The position numbers were made by a program, and so were the translations under genes. Of a DNA stretch of 64,000 nucleotides, positions 21,301-36,300 are shown piece after piece; the stretch's first letter is position 1, and the number at the start of each line of letters is the position of its first letter. The DNA is from Heterodontus francisci (taxonomy: Eukaryota), in assembly GCF_036365525.1 (NCBI RefSeq), contig NC_090399.1, positions 66,706,862 to 66,770,861 of the forward strand, in the 5' to 3' direction. The notes below the pieces were generated by a model. That model ran no database searches. It was not told the origin of the DNA and saw only the letters and a list, made by a program, of their open reading frames with translations.

Positions 21301-24300
21301 GAGTGGGGGGAAACAGAGATTGACTGAGTGAGGGGGAACTGAGAGTGAGGGAACGAGTGAGGGGGGAACTGAGAGTGAGTGAACGAGTGTGGGGGGAACT
21401 GAGAGTGAGTGAACGAGTGAGGAAGGAACTGAGAGCGAGTGAACGAGTGAGGGGGGAACTGAGAGCAAGGGAACGAGTGAGGGAGGAACTGAAAGCGAGT
21501 GACCGAGTGTGGGGGGCACTGAGAGTGAGGGAATGAGTGAGGGAGGAACTGAGAGTGAGCGAACGAGTGAGGGGAAAACTGAGAGTGAGTGAACGAGTGA
21601 GGGGGGAACTGAGAGTGAGCGAACGAGGAAGGGGAGAACTGAGAGTGAGGGAACGAGTGAGGGGGGAACTGAGAGTGAGTAAACGAGTGAGGGGGGAACT
21701 GAGAGTGAGGGAATGAGTGAGGGAGGAACTGAGAGTGAGCGAACGAGTGAGGGGAAAACTGAGAGTGAGTGAACGAGTGAGGGGGGAACTGAGAGTGAGC
21801 GAACGAGGAAGGGGAGAACTGAGAGTGAGGGAACGAGTGAGGGGGGAACTGAGAGTGAGTAAACGAGTGAGGGGGGAACTGAGAGTAAGTAAATGAGTGA
21901 GGGGGAAATGAGAGTGGGAGAACGAGTGAGGGGGGAACTGAGAGCAAGTGAGGTGGGAACTGAGAGTGAGTGAACGAGTGAGGGAGGAATTGAGTGAGAG
22001 CGAATGGTTGAGGGAGGAACTGAGAGAGAGCGAACGAGTGAGGGGGGGAACTGAGAGTGAGGGAACGAGTGAGGGAGGAACTGAGAGCAAGTGAACGAGC
22101 GAGGGGGGAACTGAGAGTGAGGGAACAAGTGAGGGGGGAACTGGGAGTGCGTGAACGAGTGAGGGGGGAACTGGGAGTGAGTGAACGAGTGAGGGGGGAA
22201 CTGAGAGTGAGTGAACGAGTGAGGGGGGAACTGAGAGAAAGGGAATGAGTGAGGGAGGAATTGAGAGTGAGTGAACGAGTGAGGGGGGAACTGAGAGTGA
22301 GTGAACGAGTGAGGGGGGAACTGAGAGTGAGTGAACAAGTGAGGGGGGAACTGAGAGCGATTGAACGAGTGAGGGGGGAACTGAGAGTACGCGAAAGAGT
22401 GAGGGGGGAACTGAGAGTGAGCGAACGAGTGAAGGTGGAACTGAGAGTGAGTGAACCAGTGAGGGGGGAACTGAGAGTGATTGACGAGTGAGGGGGGAAC
22501 TGAGAGAGAGGGAACGAGTGAGGGGGGAACTGAGAGCGAGTGAACGAGTGAGGGGGGAACTGAGAGCGAGGGAACGAGTTAGGGGGAACTGAGAGTGAGG
22601 GAACGAGTGAGGGGGGAACTCAGAGTGAGGGAACGAGTGAGAGGGGAAGTGAGAGTGATTGAACGAGTGAGGTGGGAACTGAGAGTGAGGGTACGAGTGA
22701 GGGGGAAACTGAGAGCGAGGGAACGAGTGTAGGTGGAACTGAGAGTGAGTGAACGAGTGAGGGGGGAACTGAGAGCGAGAGAGGGGGGAACTGAGAGAGA
22801 GGGAAGGAGTGAGGGTGGAACTGGGAGTGAGAGAACGAGTGAGGGTGGAACTGAGAGAAAGACAACGAGTGAGGGGGAAACTGAGCGTGAGCGAGTGGAG
22901 GGGGAACTCAGAGTGAGCGAGTGAGGGGGTACAGAGCATGAGCGAGTGGGGGGGGGAACTGATTGTGAGCGAGTGGGGGGGGGAACTGAGAGTGAGAGAG
23001 TGGCGGGGGAACTGAGAGTGAGCGAGTGAGGGGGGAACTGAGAGTGAGAGAGTGGCGGGGGAACTGAGAGTCAGTGAGTGGGGGGGAACTGAGAGTGAGC
23101 GAGTGGGGGGGAACTGAGAGTGAGCGAGTGGGGGGGAACTGAGAGTGAGCGAGTGGAGGGGGAACAGATCGTGAGCGAGTGGAGGGGGAACTGATCGTGA
23201 GCGAGTGGGGGGGAACTGAGAGTCAGTGAGTGGGGGGAAACAGAGATTGACTGAGTGAGGGGGAACTGAGAGTGAGGGAACGAGTGAGGGGGGAACTGAG
23301 AGTGAGTGAACGAGTGTGGGGGGAACTGAGAGTGAGTGAACGAGTGAGGAAGGAACTGAGAGCGAGTGAACGAGTGAGGGGGGAACTGAGAGCAAGGGAA
23401 CGAGTGAGGGAGGAACTGAAAGCGAGTGAAAGAGTGAGGGGGGAACTGAGAGTGAGTGAACGAGTGAGGGGGGAACTGAGAGTGAGCAAGTGAGGGGGAA
23501 CTGATCGTGAGCGAGTGGGGGGGGGGAACTGAGAGTCAGTGAGAGGGGGGAAACTGAGATTGACTGAGTGAGGGGGAACTGAGAGTGAGGGAACGAGTGA
23601 GGGGGGAACTGAGAGTGAGTGAAAGAGTGTGGGGGGAACTGAGAGTGAGTGAACGAGTGAGGGAGGAACTGAGAGCGAGTGAACGAGTGAGGGGGGAACT
23701 GAGAGTGAGGGAACGAGTGAGGGATGAACTGAAAGCGAGTGAAAGAGTGAGGGGGGAACTGAGAGTGAGTGAACGAGTGAGGGGGGAACTGAGAGTGAGT
23801 GAACGAGTGAGGGAGGAACTTAGAGTGAGAGAACGAGTGAGGGGGGAACTGAGAGTGAGGGAACGAGTGAGGGGGGAAACTGAGAGTGAGTGAACCAGCG
23901 ACGGGAGAGCTGAAAGTGAGTGAACGAGTGAGGGGGGAACTGAAAGTGAGGGAACGAGTGAGGGAGGAACTGAGAGCGAGTGAACGAGTGAGGGGGAAAC
24001 TGAGAGCGAGTGAACGAGTGAGGGGGGAACTGAGAATGAGCGAAAGAGTGAGGGAGGAACTGAGAGTGAGTGAACGAGTGAGGGGGGAACTGAGTGAGCG
24101 AACGAGGAAGGGAAGAACTGAGAGTGAGGGAATGTGGGAGGGTGGATCTGAGAGTGAGTGAACGAGTGAGGGAGGAACTGAGAGTGAGTAAACGAGTGAG
24201 GGGGGAAATGAGAGTGGGAGAACGAGTGAGGGGGGAACTGAGAGTGAGTGAACGAGTGAGGGAGGAACTTAGAGCGAGAGAACGAGTGAGGGGGGACTGA

Positions 24301-27300
24301 GAGCGAGGGAACGAGTGAGGGGGGAACGGAGAGTGAGTGAACGAGTGAGGAACGAACTTAGAGTGAGTGAACGAGTGAGGGGGGAACTGAGAGTGAGGGA
24401 ACGAGTGAGGGCGGAACTGAGAGCGAGTGATCGAGTGAGGGGGGAACTGAGTGAGGGAACGAGTGAGGGAGGAACTGAGAGCGATTGAACGAGTGTGGGG
24501 GGAACTGAGAGTGAGTGAACGAGTGAGGGGGGGCACTGAGAGTGAGTGAACGAGTGAGGGGGGAACTGAGAGTGAGGGAACGTGTGAGGGAGGAACTGAG
24601 AGCGAGTGAACGAGTGAGGGGGGAACTGAGAGTGAGAGAATGAGGAAGGGGGAACTGAGAGTGAGGGAACGAGTGTGGGGGGAACTGAGAGCAAGTGAAG
24701 GGGGGAACTGAGAGTGAGTGAACGAGTGAGGGGGGAACTGAGAGCGAGGGAACGAGTGAGGGAGGAACTGAGAGCGAGTGAACGAGTGAGGGGAGAACTG
24801 AGAGTGAGGGAACGAGTGAGGGAGGAACTGAGAGTGAGGGAACGAGTGAGGGCGGAACTGAGAGCGAGTGATCGAGTGAGGGGGGAACTGAGTGAGGGAA
24901 CGAGTGAGGGAGGAACTGAGAGCGATTGAACGAGTGTGGGGGGAACTGAGAGTGAGTGAACGAGTGAGGGGGGGCACTGAGAGTGAGTGAACGAGTGAGG
25001 GGGGAACTGAGAGTGAGGGAACGTGTGAGGGAGGAACTGAGAGCGAGTGAACGAGTGAGGGGGGAACTGAGAGTGAGAGAATGAGGAAGGGGGAACTGAG
25101 AGTGAGGGAACGAGTGTGGGGGGAACTGAGAGCAAGTGAAGGGGGGAACTGAGAGTGAGTGAACGAGTGAGGGGGGAACTGAGAGTGAGGGAACGAGTGA
25201 GGGAGGAACTGAGAGCGAGTGAACGAGTGAGGGGGGAACTGAGAGTGAGTGAACGAGTGAGGGAGGAACTGAGAGCGAGTGAACGAGTGAGGGGAGAACT
25301 GAGAGTGAGGGAACGAGTGAGGGAGGAACTGAGAGCGAGTGAACGAGTGTGGGGGCACTGAGAGTGAGGGAATGAGTGAGGGAGGAACTGAGAGTGAGTG
25401 AACGAGTGAGGGGGGAACTGAGAGCGAGGGAACGAGTGTGGGGGGAACTGAGAGTGAGTGAACGAGTGAGGGAGGAACTGAGAGCGAGTGAACGAGTGAG
25501 GGAGGAACTGAGAGCGAGTGAACGAGTGAGGGGGGAACTGAGAGTGAGGCAACGAGTGAGGGAGGAACTGAAAGCGAGTGACCGAGTGTGGGGGGCACTG
25601 AGAGTGAGGGAATGAGTGAGGGAGGAACTGAGAGTGAGCGAACGAGTGAGGGGAAAACTGAGAGTGAGTGAACGAGTGAGGGGGGAACTGAGAGTGAGCG
25701 AACGAGTGAGGGAGGAACTGAAAGCGAGTGAAAGAGTGAGGGGGGAACTGAGAGTGAGCAAGTGAGGGGGAACTGATCGTGAGCGAGTGGGGGGGGGGGA
25801 ACTGAGAGTCAGTGAGAGGGGGGAAACTGAGATTGACTGAGTGAGGGGGAACTAAGAGTGAGGGAACGAGTGAGGCGGGAACTGAGAGTCAGTGAAAGAG
25901 TGTGGGGGGAACTGAGAGTGAGTGAACGAGTGAGGGAGGAACTGAGAGCGAGTGAACGAGTGAGGGAGGAACTTAGAGTGAGAGAACGAGTGAGGGGGGA
26001 ACTGAGAGCGAGGGAACGAGTGAGGGGGGAAACTGACAGTGAGTGAACCAGCGACGGGAGAGCTGAAAGTGAGTGAACGAGTGAGGAGGGAACTGAAAGT
26101 GAGGGAACGAGTGAGGGAGGAACTGAGAGCGAGTGAACGAGTGAGGGGGGAACTGAGAGCGAGTGAACGAGTGAGGGGGGAACTGAGAATGAGCGAAAGA
26201 GTGAGGGAGGAACTGAGAGTGAGTGAACGAGTGAGGGGGGAACTGAGAGTGAGCGAACGAGTGAAGGGGCAACTGAGAGTGAGTGAACCAGTGAGGGGGA
26301 AACTGAGAGTGATTGAGCGAGTGAGGGGGGAACTGAGAGAGAGGGAACGAGTGAGGGGGGAACTGAGAGCGAGGGAACGAGTGAGGGGGGAACTGAGAGC
26401 GAGTGAACGAGTGAGGGGGGAACTGAGAGTGAGGGAACGTGGGAGGGAGGAACAGTGAGTGAATGAACGAGTGTGGGGGGAACTGAGATTGAGTGAACGA
26501 GTGAGGGAGGAACTGAGAGTGAGCGAACGAGTGAGGGGGGAAGTGAGAGTGAGTGAACGAGTGAGGGGGGAACTGAGAGTGAGTGAACGAGTGAGGGGGG
26601 AACTGGGAGTGCGTGAACGAGTGAGGAGGGAACTGGGAGTGAGTGAACGAGTGAGGGGGGAACTGAGAGCGAGGGAACGAGTGAGGGAGGAACTGAAAGC
26701 GAGTGACCGAGTGTGGGGGGCACTGAGAGTGAGGGAATGAGTGAGGGAGGAACTGAGAGTGAGCGAACGAGTGAGGGGAAAACTGAGAGTGAGTGAACGA
26801 GTGAGGAGGGAACTGAGAGTGAGCGAACGAGGAAGGGGAGAACTGAGAGTGAGGGAACGAGTGAGGGGGGAACTGAGAGTGAGTAAACGAGTGAGGGGGG
26901 AACTGAGAGTGAGCGAACGAGTGAGGGGAAAACTGAGAGTGAGTGAACGAGTGAGGAGGGAACTGAGAGTGAGTGAACGAGTGAGGGGGGAACTGAGAGT
27001 GAGGGAACGAGTGAGGGGGGAACTGGGAGTGCGTGAACGAGTGAGGAGGGAACTGGGAGTGAGTGAACGAGTGAGGGGGGAACTGAGAGCGAGGGAACGA
27101 GTGAGGGAGGAACTGAAAGCGAGTGACCGAGTGTGGGGGGCACTGAGAGTGAGGGAATGAGTGAGGGAGGAACTGAGAGTGAGCGAACGAGTGAGGGGAA
27201 AACTGAGAGTGAGTGAACGAGTGAGGAGGGAACTGAGAGTGAGCGAACGAGGAAGGGGAGAACTGAGAGTGAGGGAACGAGTGAGGGGGGAACTGAGAGT

Positions 27301-30300
27301 GAGTAAACGAGTGAGGGGGGAACTGAGAGTGAGTAAACGAGTGAGGGGGAAATGAGAGTGGGAGAACGAGTGAGGGGGGAACTGAGAGCAAGTGAGGGGG
27401 GAACTGAGAGTGAGTGAACGAGTGAGGGAGGAATTGAGTGAGAGCGAACGGTTGAGGGAGGAACTGAGAGAGAGCGAACGAGTGAGGGGGGAACTGAGAG
27501 TGAGGGAACGAGTGAGGGAGGAACTGAGAGCAAGTGAACGAGTGAGGGGGATCTGAGAGTGAGGGAACGAGTGAGGGGGGAACTGGGAGTGCGTGAACGA
27601 GTGAGGGGGGAACTGGGAGTGAGTGAACGAGTGAGGGGGGAACTGAGAGTGAGTGAACGAGTGAGGGGGGAACTGAGAGCAAGGGAATGAGTGAGGGAGG
27701 AATTGAGAGTGAGTGAACGAGTGAGGGGGGAACTGAGAGTGAGTGAACGAGTGAGGGGGGAACTGAGAGCGATTGAACGAGTGAGGGGGGAACTGAGAGT
27801 GAGCGAAAGAGTGAGGGGGGAACTGATAGTGAGCGAACGAGTGAAGGTGGAACTGAGAGTGAGTGAACCAGTGAGGGGGGAACTGAGAGTGATTGAGCGA
27901 GTGAGGGGGGAACTGAGAGAGAGGGAACGAGTGAGGGGGGAACTGAGAGCGAGTGAACGAGTGAGGGGGGAACTGAGAGCGAGGGAACGAGTGAGGGGGA
28001 ACTGAGAGTGAGGGAACGAGTGAGGGGGGAACTCAGAGTGAGGGAACGAGTGAGAGGGGAACTGAGAGTGATTGAACGAGTGAGGTGGGAACTGAGAGTG
28101 AGGGTACGAGTGAGGGGGGAACTGAGAGCGAGGGAACGAGTGTAGGTGGAACTGAGAGTGAGTGAACGAGTGAGGGGGGAACTGAGAGCGAGAGAGGGGG
28201 GAACTGAGAGAGAGGGAAGGAGTGAGGGTGGAACTCGGAGTGAGAGAACGAGTGAGGGTGGAACTGAGAGAAAGACAACGAGTGAGGGGGAAACTGAGCG
28301 TGAGCGAGTGGAGGGGGAACTCAGAGTGAGCGAGTGAGGGGGAACTGAGCATGAGCGAGTGGGGGGGGAACTGATTGTGAGCGAGTGGGGGGGGAACTGA
28401 GAGTGAGAGAGTGGCGGGGGAACTGAGAGTGAGCGAGTGGGGGGGGAACTGAGAGTGAGAGAGTGGCGGGGGAACTGAGAGTGAGCGAGTGGGGGGGGAA
28501 CTGAGAGTGAGAGAGTGGCGGGGGAACTGAGAGTCAGTGAGTGGGGGGAACTGAGAGTGAGCGAGTGGGGGGGAACTGAGAGTGAGCGAGTGGAGGGGGA
28601 ACTGATCGTGAGCGAGTGGGGGGGGAACTGAGAGTGAAAGAGTGGCGGGGAACTGAGAGTGAGCGAGTGGGGGGGAACTGAGAGTGAGGGAACGAGTGAG
28701 GGAGGAACTGAGAGTGAGGGAGGAACTGAGAGCGAGTGAACGAGTGAGGGGGGAACTGAGTGAGGCAACGAGTGAGGGAGGAACTGAAAGCGAGTGACCG
28801 AGTGTGGGGGGCACTGAGAGTGAGGGAATGAGTGAGGGAGGAACTGAGAGTGAGCGAACGAGTGAGGGGAAAACTGAGAGTGAGTGAACGAGTGAGGGGG
28901 GAACTGAGAGTGAGCGAACGAGGAAGGGGAGAACTGAGAGTGAGGGCACGAGTGAGGGGGGAACTGAGAGTGAGTAAACGAGTGAGGGGGAAATGAGAGT
29001 GGGAGAACGAGTGAGGGGGGAACTGAGAGCAAGTGAGGGGGGAACTGAGAGTGAGTGAACGAGTGAGGGAGGAATTGAGTGAGAGCGAACGGTTGAGGGA
29101 GGAACTGAGAGAGAGCGAACGAGTGAGGGGGGAACTGAGAGTGAGGGAACGAGTGAGGGAGGAACTGAGAGCAAGTGAACGAGTGAGGGGGGAACTGAGA
29201 GTGAGGGAACGAGTGAGGGGGGAACTGAGAGTGAGTGAACGAGTGAGGGGGAAACTGAGAGCGAGAGAGGGAGGAACTGAGAGAGAGGGAAGGAGTGAGG
29301 GTGGAACTGAGAGAAAGACAACGAGTGAGGGGGAAACTGAGCGTGAGCGAGTGGAAGGGGAACTCAGAGTGAGCGAGTGAGGGGGAACTGAGCATGAGCG
29401 AGTGGGGGGGGGGAACTGATTGTGAGCGAGTGGGGGGGGAACTGAGAGTGAGAGAGTGGCGGGGGAACTGAGAGTGAGCGAGTGGGGGGGGGAACTGAGA
29501 GTGAGAGAGTGGCGGGGAACTGAGAGTCAGTGAGTGGGGGGAACTGAGAGTGAGCGAGTGGGGGGGAACTGAGAGTGAGCGAGTGGGGGGGAACTGAGAG
29601 TGAGCGAGTGGAGGGGGAACTGATCGTGAGCGAGTGGGGGGGGGAACTGAGAGTGAAAGAGTGGCGGGGAACTGAGAGTGAGCGAGTGGGCGGGAACTGA
29701 GAGTGAGCGAGTGGAGGGGGAACTGATCGTGAGCGAGTGGGGGGGGGGGAACTGAGAGTCAGTGAGAGGGGGGAAACTGAGATTGACTGAGTGAGGGGGA
29801 ACTAAGAGTGAGGGAACGAGTGAGGCGGGAACTGAGAGTGAGTGAACGAGTGTGGGGGGAACTGAGAGTGAGTGAACGAGTGAGGGAGGAACTGAGAGCG
29901 AGTGAACGAGTGAGGGGATAACTGAGAGCGAAGGAACGAGTGAGGGGGGAACTGAAAGCGAGTGAAAGAGTGAGGGGGGAACTGAGAGTGAGTGAACGAG
30001 TGAGGAGGGAACTGAGAGTGAGCAAGTGACGGGGAACTGATCGTGAGCGAGTGGGGGGGGGCGAACTGAGAGTCAGTGAGAGGGGGGAAACTGAGATTGA
30101 CTGAGTGAGGGGGAACTAAGAGTGAGGGAACGAGTGAGGCGGGAACTGAGAGTCAGTGAAAGAGTGTGGGGGGAACTGAGAGTGAGTGAACGAGTGAGGG
30201 AGGAACTGAGAGCGAGTGAACGAGTGAGGGGGGTACTGAGAGTGAGGGAACGAGTGAGGGATGAACTGAAAGCGAGTGAAAGACTGAGGGGGGAACTGAG

Positions 30301-33300
30301 AGTGAGTGAACGAGTGAGGGGGGAACTGAGAGTGAGTGAACGAGTGAGGGAGGAACCTAGAGTGAGAGAACGAGTGAGGGGGGAACTGAGAGCGAGGGAA
30401 CGAGTGAGGGGGGAAACTGAGAGTGAGTGAACCAGCGACGGGAGAGCTGAAAGTGAGTGAACGAGTGAGGAGGGAACTGAAAGTGAGGGAACGCGTGAGG
30501 GAGGAACTGAGAGCGAGTGAACGAGTGAGGGGGGAACTGAGAGCGAGTGAACGAGTGAGGGGGGAACTGAGAATGAGCGAAAGAGTGAGGGAGGAACTGA
30601 GAGTGAGTGAACGAGTGAGGGGGGAACTGAAAGCGAGTGACCGAGTGTGGGGGGCACTGAGAGTGAGGGAATGAGTGAGGGAGGAACTGAGAGTGAGCGA
30701 ACGAGTGAGGGGAAAACTGAGAGTGAGTGAACGAGTGAGGAGGGAACTGAGAGTGAGCGAACGAGGAAGGGGAGAACTGAGAGTGAGGGAACGAGTGAGG
30801 GGGGAACTGAGAGTGAGTAAACGAGTGAGGGGGGAACTGAGAGTGAGTAAACGAGTGAGGGGGAAATGAGAGTGGGAGAACGAGTGAGGGGGGAACTGAG
30901 AGCAAGTGAGGGGGGAACTGAGAGTGAGTGAACGAGTGAGGGAGGAATTGAGTGAGAGCGAACGGTTGAGGGAGGAACTGAGAGAGAGCGAACGAGTGAG
31001 GGGGGAACTGAGAGTGAGGGAACGAGTGAGGGAGGAACTGAGAGCAAGTGAACGAGTGAGGGGGATCTGAGAGTGAGGGAACGAGTGAGGGGGGAACTGG
31101 GAGTGCGTGAACGAGTGAGGGGGGAACTGGGAGTGAGTGAACGAGTGAGGGGGGAACTGAGAGTGAGTGAACGAGTGAGGGGGGAACTGAGAGCAAGGGA
31201 ATGAGTGAGGGAGGAATTGAGAGTGAGTGAACGAGTGAGGGGGGAACTGAGAGTGAGTGAACGAGTGAGGGGGGAACTGAGAGCGATTGAACGAGTGAGG
31301 GGGGAACTGAGAGTGAGCGAAAGAGTGAGGGGGGAACTGAGAGTGAGCGAACGAGTGAAGGTGGAACTGAGAGTGAGTGAACCAGTGAGGGGGGAACTGA
31401 GAGTGATTGAGCGAGTGAGGGGGGAACTGAGAGAGAGGGAACGAGTGAGGGGGGAACTGAGAGCGAGTGAACGAGTGAGGGGGGAACTGAGAGCGAGGGA
31501 ACGAGTGAGGGGGAACTGAGAGTGAGGGAACGAGTGAGGGGGGAACTCAGAGTGAGGGAACGAGTGAGAGGGGAACTGAGAGTGATTGAACGAGTGAGGT
31601 GGGAACTGAGAGTGAGGGTACGAGTGAGGGGGGAACTGAGAGCGAGGGAACGAGTGTAGGTGGAACTGAGAGTGAGTGAACGAGTGAGGGGGGAACTGAG
31701 AGCGAGAGAGGGGGGAACTGAGAGAGAGGGAAGGAGTGAGGGTGGAACTCGGAGTGAGAGAACGAGTGAGGGTGGAACTGAGAGAAAGACAACGAGTGAG
31801 GGGGAAACTGAGCGTGAGCGAGTGGAGGGGGAACTCAGAGTGAGCGAGTGAGGGGGAACTGAGCATGAGCGAGTGGGGGGGGAACTGATTGTGAGCGAGT
31901 GGGGGGGGAACTGAGAGTGAGAGAGTGGCGGGGGAACTGAGAGTGAGCGAGTGGGGGGGGAACTGAGAGTGAGAGAGTGGCGGGGGAACTGAGAGTGAGC
32001 GAGTGGGGGGGGAACTGAGAGTGAGAGAGTGGCGGGGGAACTGAGAGTCAGTGAGTGGGGGGAACTGAGAGTGAGCGAGTGGGGGGGAACTGAGAGTGAG
32101 CGAGTGGAGGGGGAACTGATCGTGAGCGAGTGGGGGGGGAACTGAGAGTGAAAGAGTGGCGGGGAACTGAGAGTGAGCGAGTGGGGGGGAACTGAGAGTG
32201 AGGGAACGAGTGAGAGAGGAACTGAGAGTGAGGGAGGAACTGAGAGCGAGTGAACGAGTGAGGGGGGAACTGAGTGAGGCAACGAGTGAGGGAGGAACTG
32301 AAAGCGAGTGACCGAGTGTGGGGGGCACTGAGAGTGAGGGAATGAGTGAGGGAGGAACTGAGAGTGAGCGAACGAGTGAGGGGAAAACTGAGAGTGAGTG
32401 AACGAGTGAGGGGGGAACTGAGAGTGAGCGAACGAGGAAGGGGAGAACTGAGAGTGAGGGCACAAGTGAGGGGGGAACTGAGAGTGAGTAAACGAGTGAG
32501 GGGGAAATGAGAGTGGGAGAACGAGTGAGGGGGGAACTGAGAGCAAGTGAGGGGGGAACTGAGAGTGAGTGAACGAGTGAGGGAGGAATTGAGTGAGAGC
32601 GAACGGTTGAGGGAGGAACTGAGAGAGAGCGAACGAGTGAGGGGGGAACTGAGAGTGAGGGAACGAGTGAGGGAGGAACTGAGAGCAAGTGAACGAGTGA
32701 GGGGGGAACTGAGAGTGAGGGAACGAGTGAGGGGGGAACTGAGAGTGAGTGAACGAGTGAGGGGGAAACTGAGAGCGAGAGAGGGAGGAACTGAGAGAGA
32801 GGGAAGGAGTGAGGGTGGAACTGAGAGAAAGACAACGAGTGAGGGGGAAACTGAGCGTGAGCGAGTGGAAGGGGAACTCAGAGTGAGCGAGTGAGGGGGA
32901 ACTGAGCATGAGCGAGTGGGGGGGGGGAACTGATTGTGAGCGAGTGGGGGGGGAACTGAGAGTGAGAGAGTGGCGGGGGAACTGAGAGTGAGCGAGTGGG
33001 GGGGGGGAACTGAGAGTGAGAGAGTGGCGGGGAACTGAGAGTCAGTGAGTGGGGGGAACTGAGAGTGAGCGAGTGGGGGGGAACTGAGAGTGAGCGAGTG
33101 GGGGGGAACTGAGAGTGAGCGAGTGGAGGGGGAACTGATCGTGAGCGAGTGGGGGGGGGGAACTGAGAGTGAAAGAGTGGCGGGGAACTGAGAGTGAGCG
33201 AGTGGGGGGGAACTGAGAGTGAGCGAGTGGAGGGGGAACTGATCGTGAGCGAGTGGGGGGGGGGGAACTGAGAGTCAGTGAGAGGGGGGAAACTGAGATT

Positions 33301-36300
33301 GACTGAGTGAGGGGGAACTAAGAGTGAGGGAACGAGTGAGGCGGGAACTGAGAGTGAGTGAACGAGTGTGGGGGGAACTGAGAGTGAGTGAACGAGTGAG
33401 GGAGGAACTGAGAGCGAGTGAACGAGTGAGGGGATAACTGAGAGCGAAGGAACGAGTGAGGGGGGAACTGAAAGCGAGTGAAAGAGTGAGGGGGGAACTG
33501 AGAGTGAGTGAACGAGTGAGGAGGGAACTGAGAGTCAGTGAAAGAGTGTGGGGGGAACTGAGAGTGAGTGAACGAGTGAGGGAGGAACTGAGAGCGAGTG
33601 AACGAGTGAGGGGGGTACTGAGAGTGAGGGAACGAGTGAGGGATGAACTGAAAGCGAGTGAAAGACTGAGGGGGGAACTGAGAGTGAGTGAACGAGTGAG
33701 GGGGGAACTGAGAGTCAGTGAAAGAGTGTGGGGGGAACTGAGAGTGAGTGAACGAGTGAGGGAGGAACTGAGAGCGAGTGAACGAGTGAGGGGGGTACTG
33801 AGAGTGAGGGAACGAGTGAGGGATGAACTGAAAGCGAGTGAAAGACTGAGGGGGGAACTGAGAGTGAGTGAACGAGTGAGGGGGGAACTGAGAGTGAGTG
33901 AACGAGTGAGGGAGGAACCTAGAGTGAGAGAACGAGTGAGGGGGGAACTGAGAGCGAGGGAACGAGTGAGGGGGGAAACTGAGAGTGAGTGAACCAGCGA
34001 CGGGAGAGCTGAAAGTGAGTGAACGAGTGAGGAGGGAACTGAAAGTGAGGGAACGCGTGAGGGAGGAACTGAGAGCGAGTGAACGAGTGAGGGGGGAACT
34101 GAGAGCGAGTGAACGAGTGAGGGGGGAACTGAGAATGAGCGAAAGAGTGAGGGAGGAACTGAGAGTGAGTGAACGAGTGAGGGGGGAACTGAGAGTGAGC
34201 GAACGAGTGAAGGGGCAACTGAGAGAGAGGGAACGAGTGAGGGGGGAACTGAGAGCGAGGGAACGAGTGAGGTGGGAACTGAGAGCGAGTGAACAAGTGA
34301 GGGGGGAACTGAGAGTGAGGGAACGTGGGAGGGAGGAACAGTGAGTGAATGAACGAGTGTGGGGGGAACTGAGATTGAGTGAACGAGTGAGGGAGGAACT
34401 GAGAGTGAGCGAACGAGTGAGGGGGGAAGTGAGAGTGAGTGAACGAGTGAGGGGGGAACTGAGAGTGAGGGAACGAGTGAGGGGGGAACTGGGAGTGCGT
34501 GAACGAGTGAGGAGGGAACTGGGAGTGAGTGAACGAGTGAGGGGGGAACTGAGAGTGAGGGAACGAGTGAGGGAGGAACTGAGAGCGAGTGAACAAGTGA
34601 GGGGGGAACTGAGTGAGGCAACGAGTGAGGGAGGAACTGAAAGCGAGTGACCGAGTGTGGGGGGCACTGAGAGTGAGGGAATGAGTGAGGGAGGAACTGA
34701 GAGTGACCGAACGAGTGAGGGGAAAACTGAGAGTGAGTGAACGAGTGAGGGGGGAACTGAGAGTGAGCGAACGAGGAAGGGGAGAACTGAGAGTGAGGGA
34801 ACGAGTGAGAGGGAACTGAGAGTGAGTAAACGAGTGAGGGGGGAACTGAGAGTGAGTAAACGAGTGAGGGGGAAATGAGAGTGGTAGAACGAGTGAGGGG
34901 GGAACTGAGAGCAAGTGAGGGGGGAACTGAGAGTGAGTGAACGAGTGAGGGAGGAATTGAGTGAGAGCGAACGGTTGAGGGAGGAACTGAGAGAGAGCGA
35001 ACGAGTGAGGGGGGACCTGAGAGTGAGGGAACGAGTGAGGGAGGAACTGAGAGCAAGTGAACGAGTGAGGGGGGAACTGAGAGTGAGGGAACGAGTGAGG
35101 GGGGAACTGGGAGTGCGTGAACGAGTGAGGGGGGAACTGGGAGTGAGTGAACGAGTGAGGGGGGAACTGAGAGTGAGTGAACGAGTGAGGGGGGAACTGA
35201 GAGCAAGGGAATGAGTGAGGGGGGAACTGAGAGTGAGTGAACGAGTGAGGGGGGAACTGAGAGTGAGTGAACGAGTGAGGGGGGAACTGAGAGCGATTGA
35301 ACGAGTGAGGGGGGAACTGAGAGTGAGTGAACGAGTGAGGGGGGGAACTGAGAGTGAGCGAACGAGTGAAGGTGGAACTGAGAGTGAGTGAACCAGTGAG
35401 GGGGTTCTGAGAGTGATTGAGCGAGTGAGGGGGGAACTGAGAGAGAGGGAACGAGTGAGGGGGGAACTGAGAGCGTGTGAACGAGTGAGGGGGGAACTGA
35501 GAGCGAGGGAACGAGTGAGGGGGAACTGAGAGTGAGGGAACGAGTGAGGGGGGAACTCAGAGTGAGGGAACGAGTGAGAGGGGAACTGAGAGTGATTGAA
35601 CGAGTGAGGTGGGAACTGAGAGTGAGGGTACGAGTGAGGGGGGAACTGAGAGGCAACGAGTGAGGGGGGAACTGAGAGCAAGGGAACGAGTGAGGGGGGA
35701 AATGAGAGTGAGGGGGGAACTACGAGTGTGCGAACGAGTGAGGGGGGAACTGAGAGTGAGTGAACGAATGAGGGGGGAGCTGATAGTGAGCGAATTACTG
35801 AGGGGGGAATTGAGAGCGAAGGAACGAGTGAGGGGGGAATTGAGAGAGAGGGAACGAGTGAGAGGGGGACTGAGAGCGAGGGAGCGAGTGAGGGGGGAAC
35901 TGAGAGTGAGCGAACGAGTGAGGGGGGAACTGAGAGTGAGTGAATGTGTGTGGGGGGAACTGAGAGCGAGCGAACGAGTGAGAGGGGAACTGAAAGTGAG
36001 GGAACGAGTGAGGGGGGAACTGAGAATGTGCGAATTACTGAGGGGGGAATTGAGAGAGAAGGAACGAGTGAGGGGGGAACTGAGAGCGAGGGAGCGAGTG
36101 AGGGGGGGAACTGAGAATGAGCGAATTACTGAGGGGGGAATTGAGAGAGAAGGAACGAGTGAGGGGGGAACTGAGAGCGAGTGAGCGAGTGAGGAGGGAA
36201 CTGAGAGTGAGCGAACGAGACGGGGGGACTGAGAGTGAACGAACGAGTGAGGGGGGACCTGATAGTGAGTGAATGAGTGAGGGGGGAACTGAGAGAGAAG

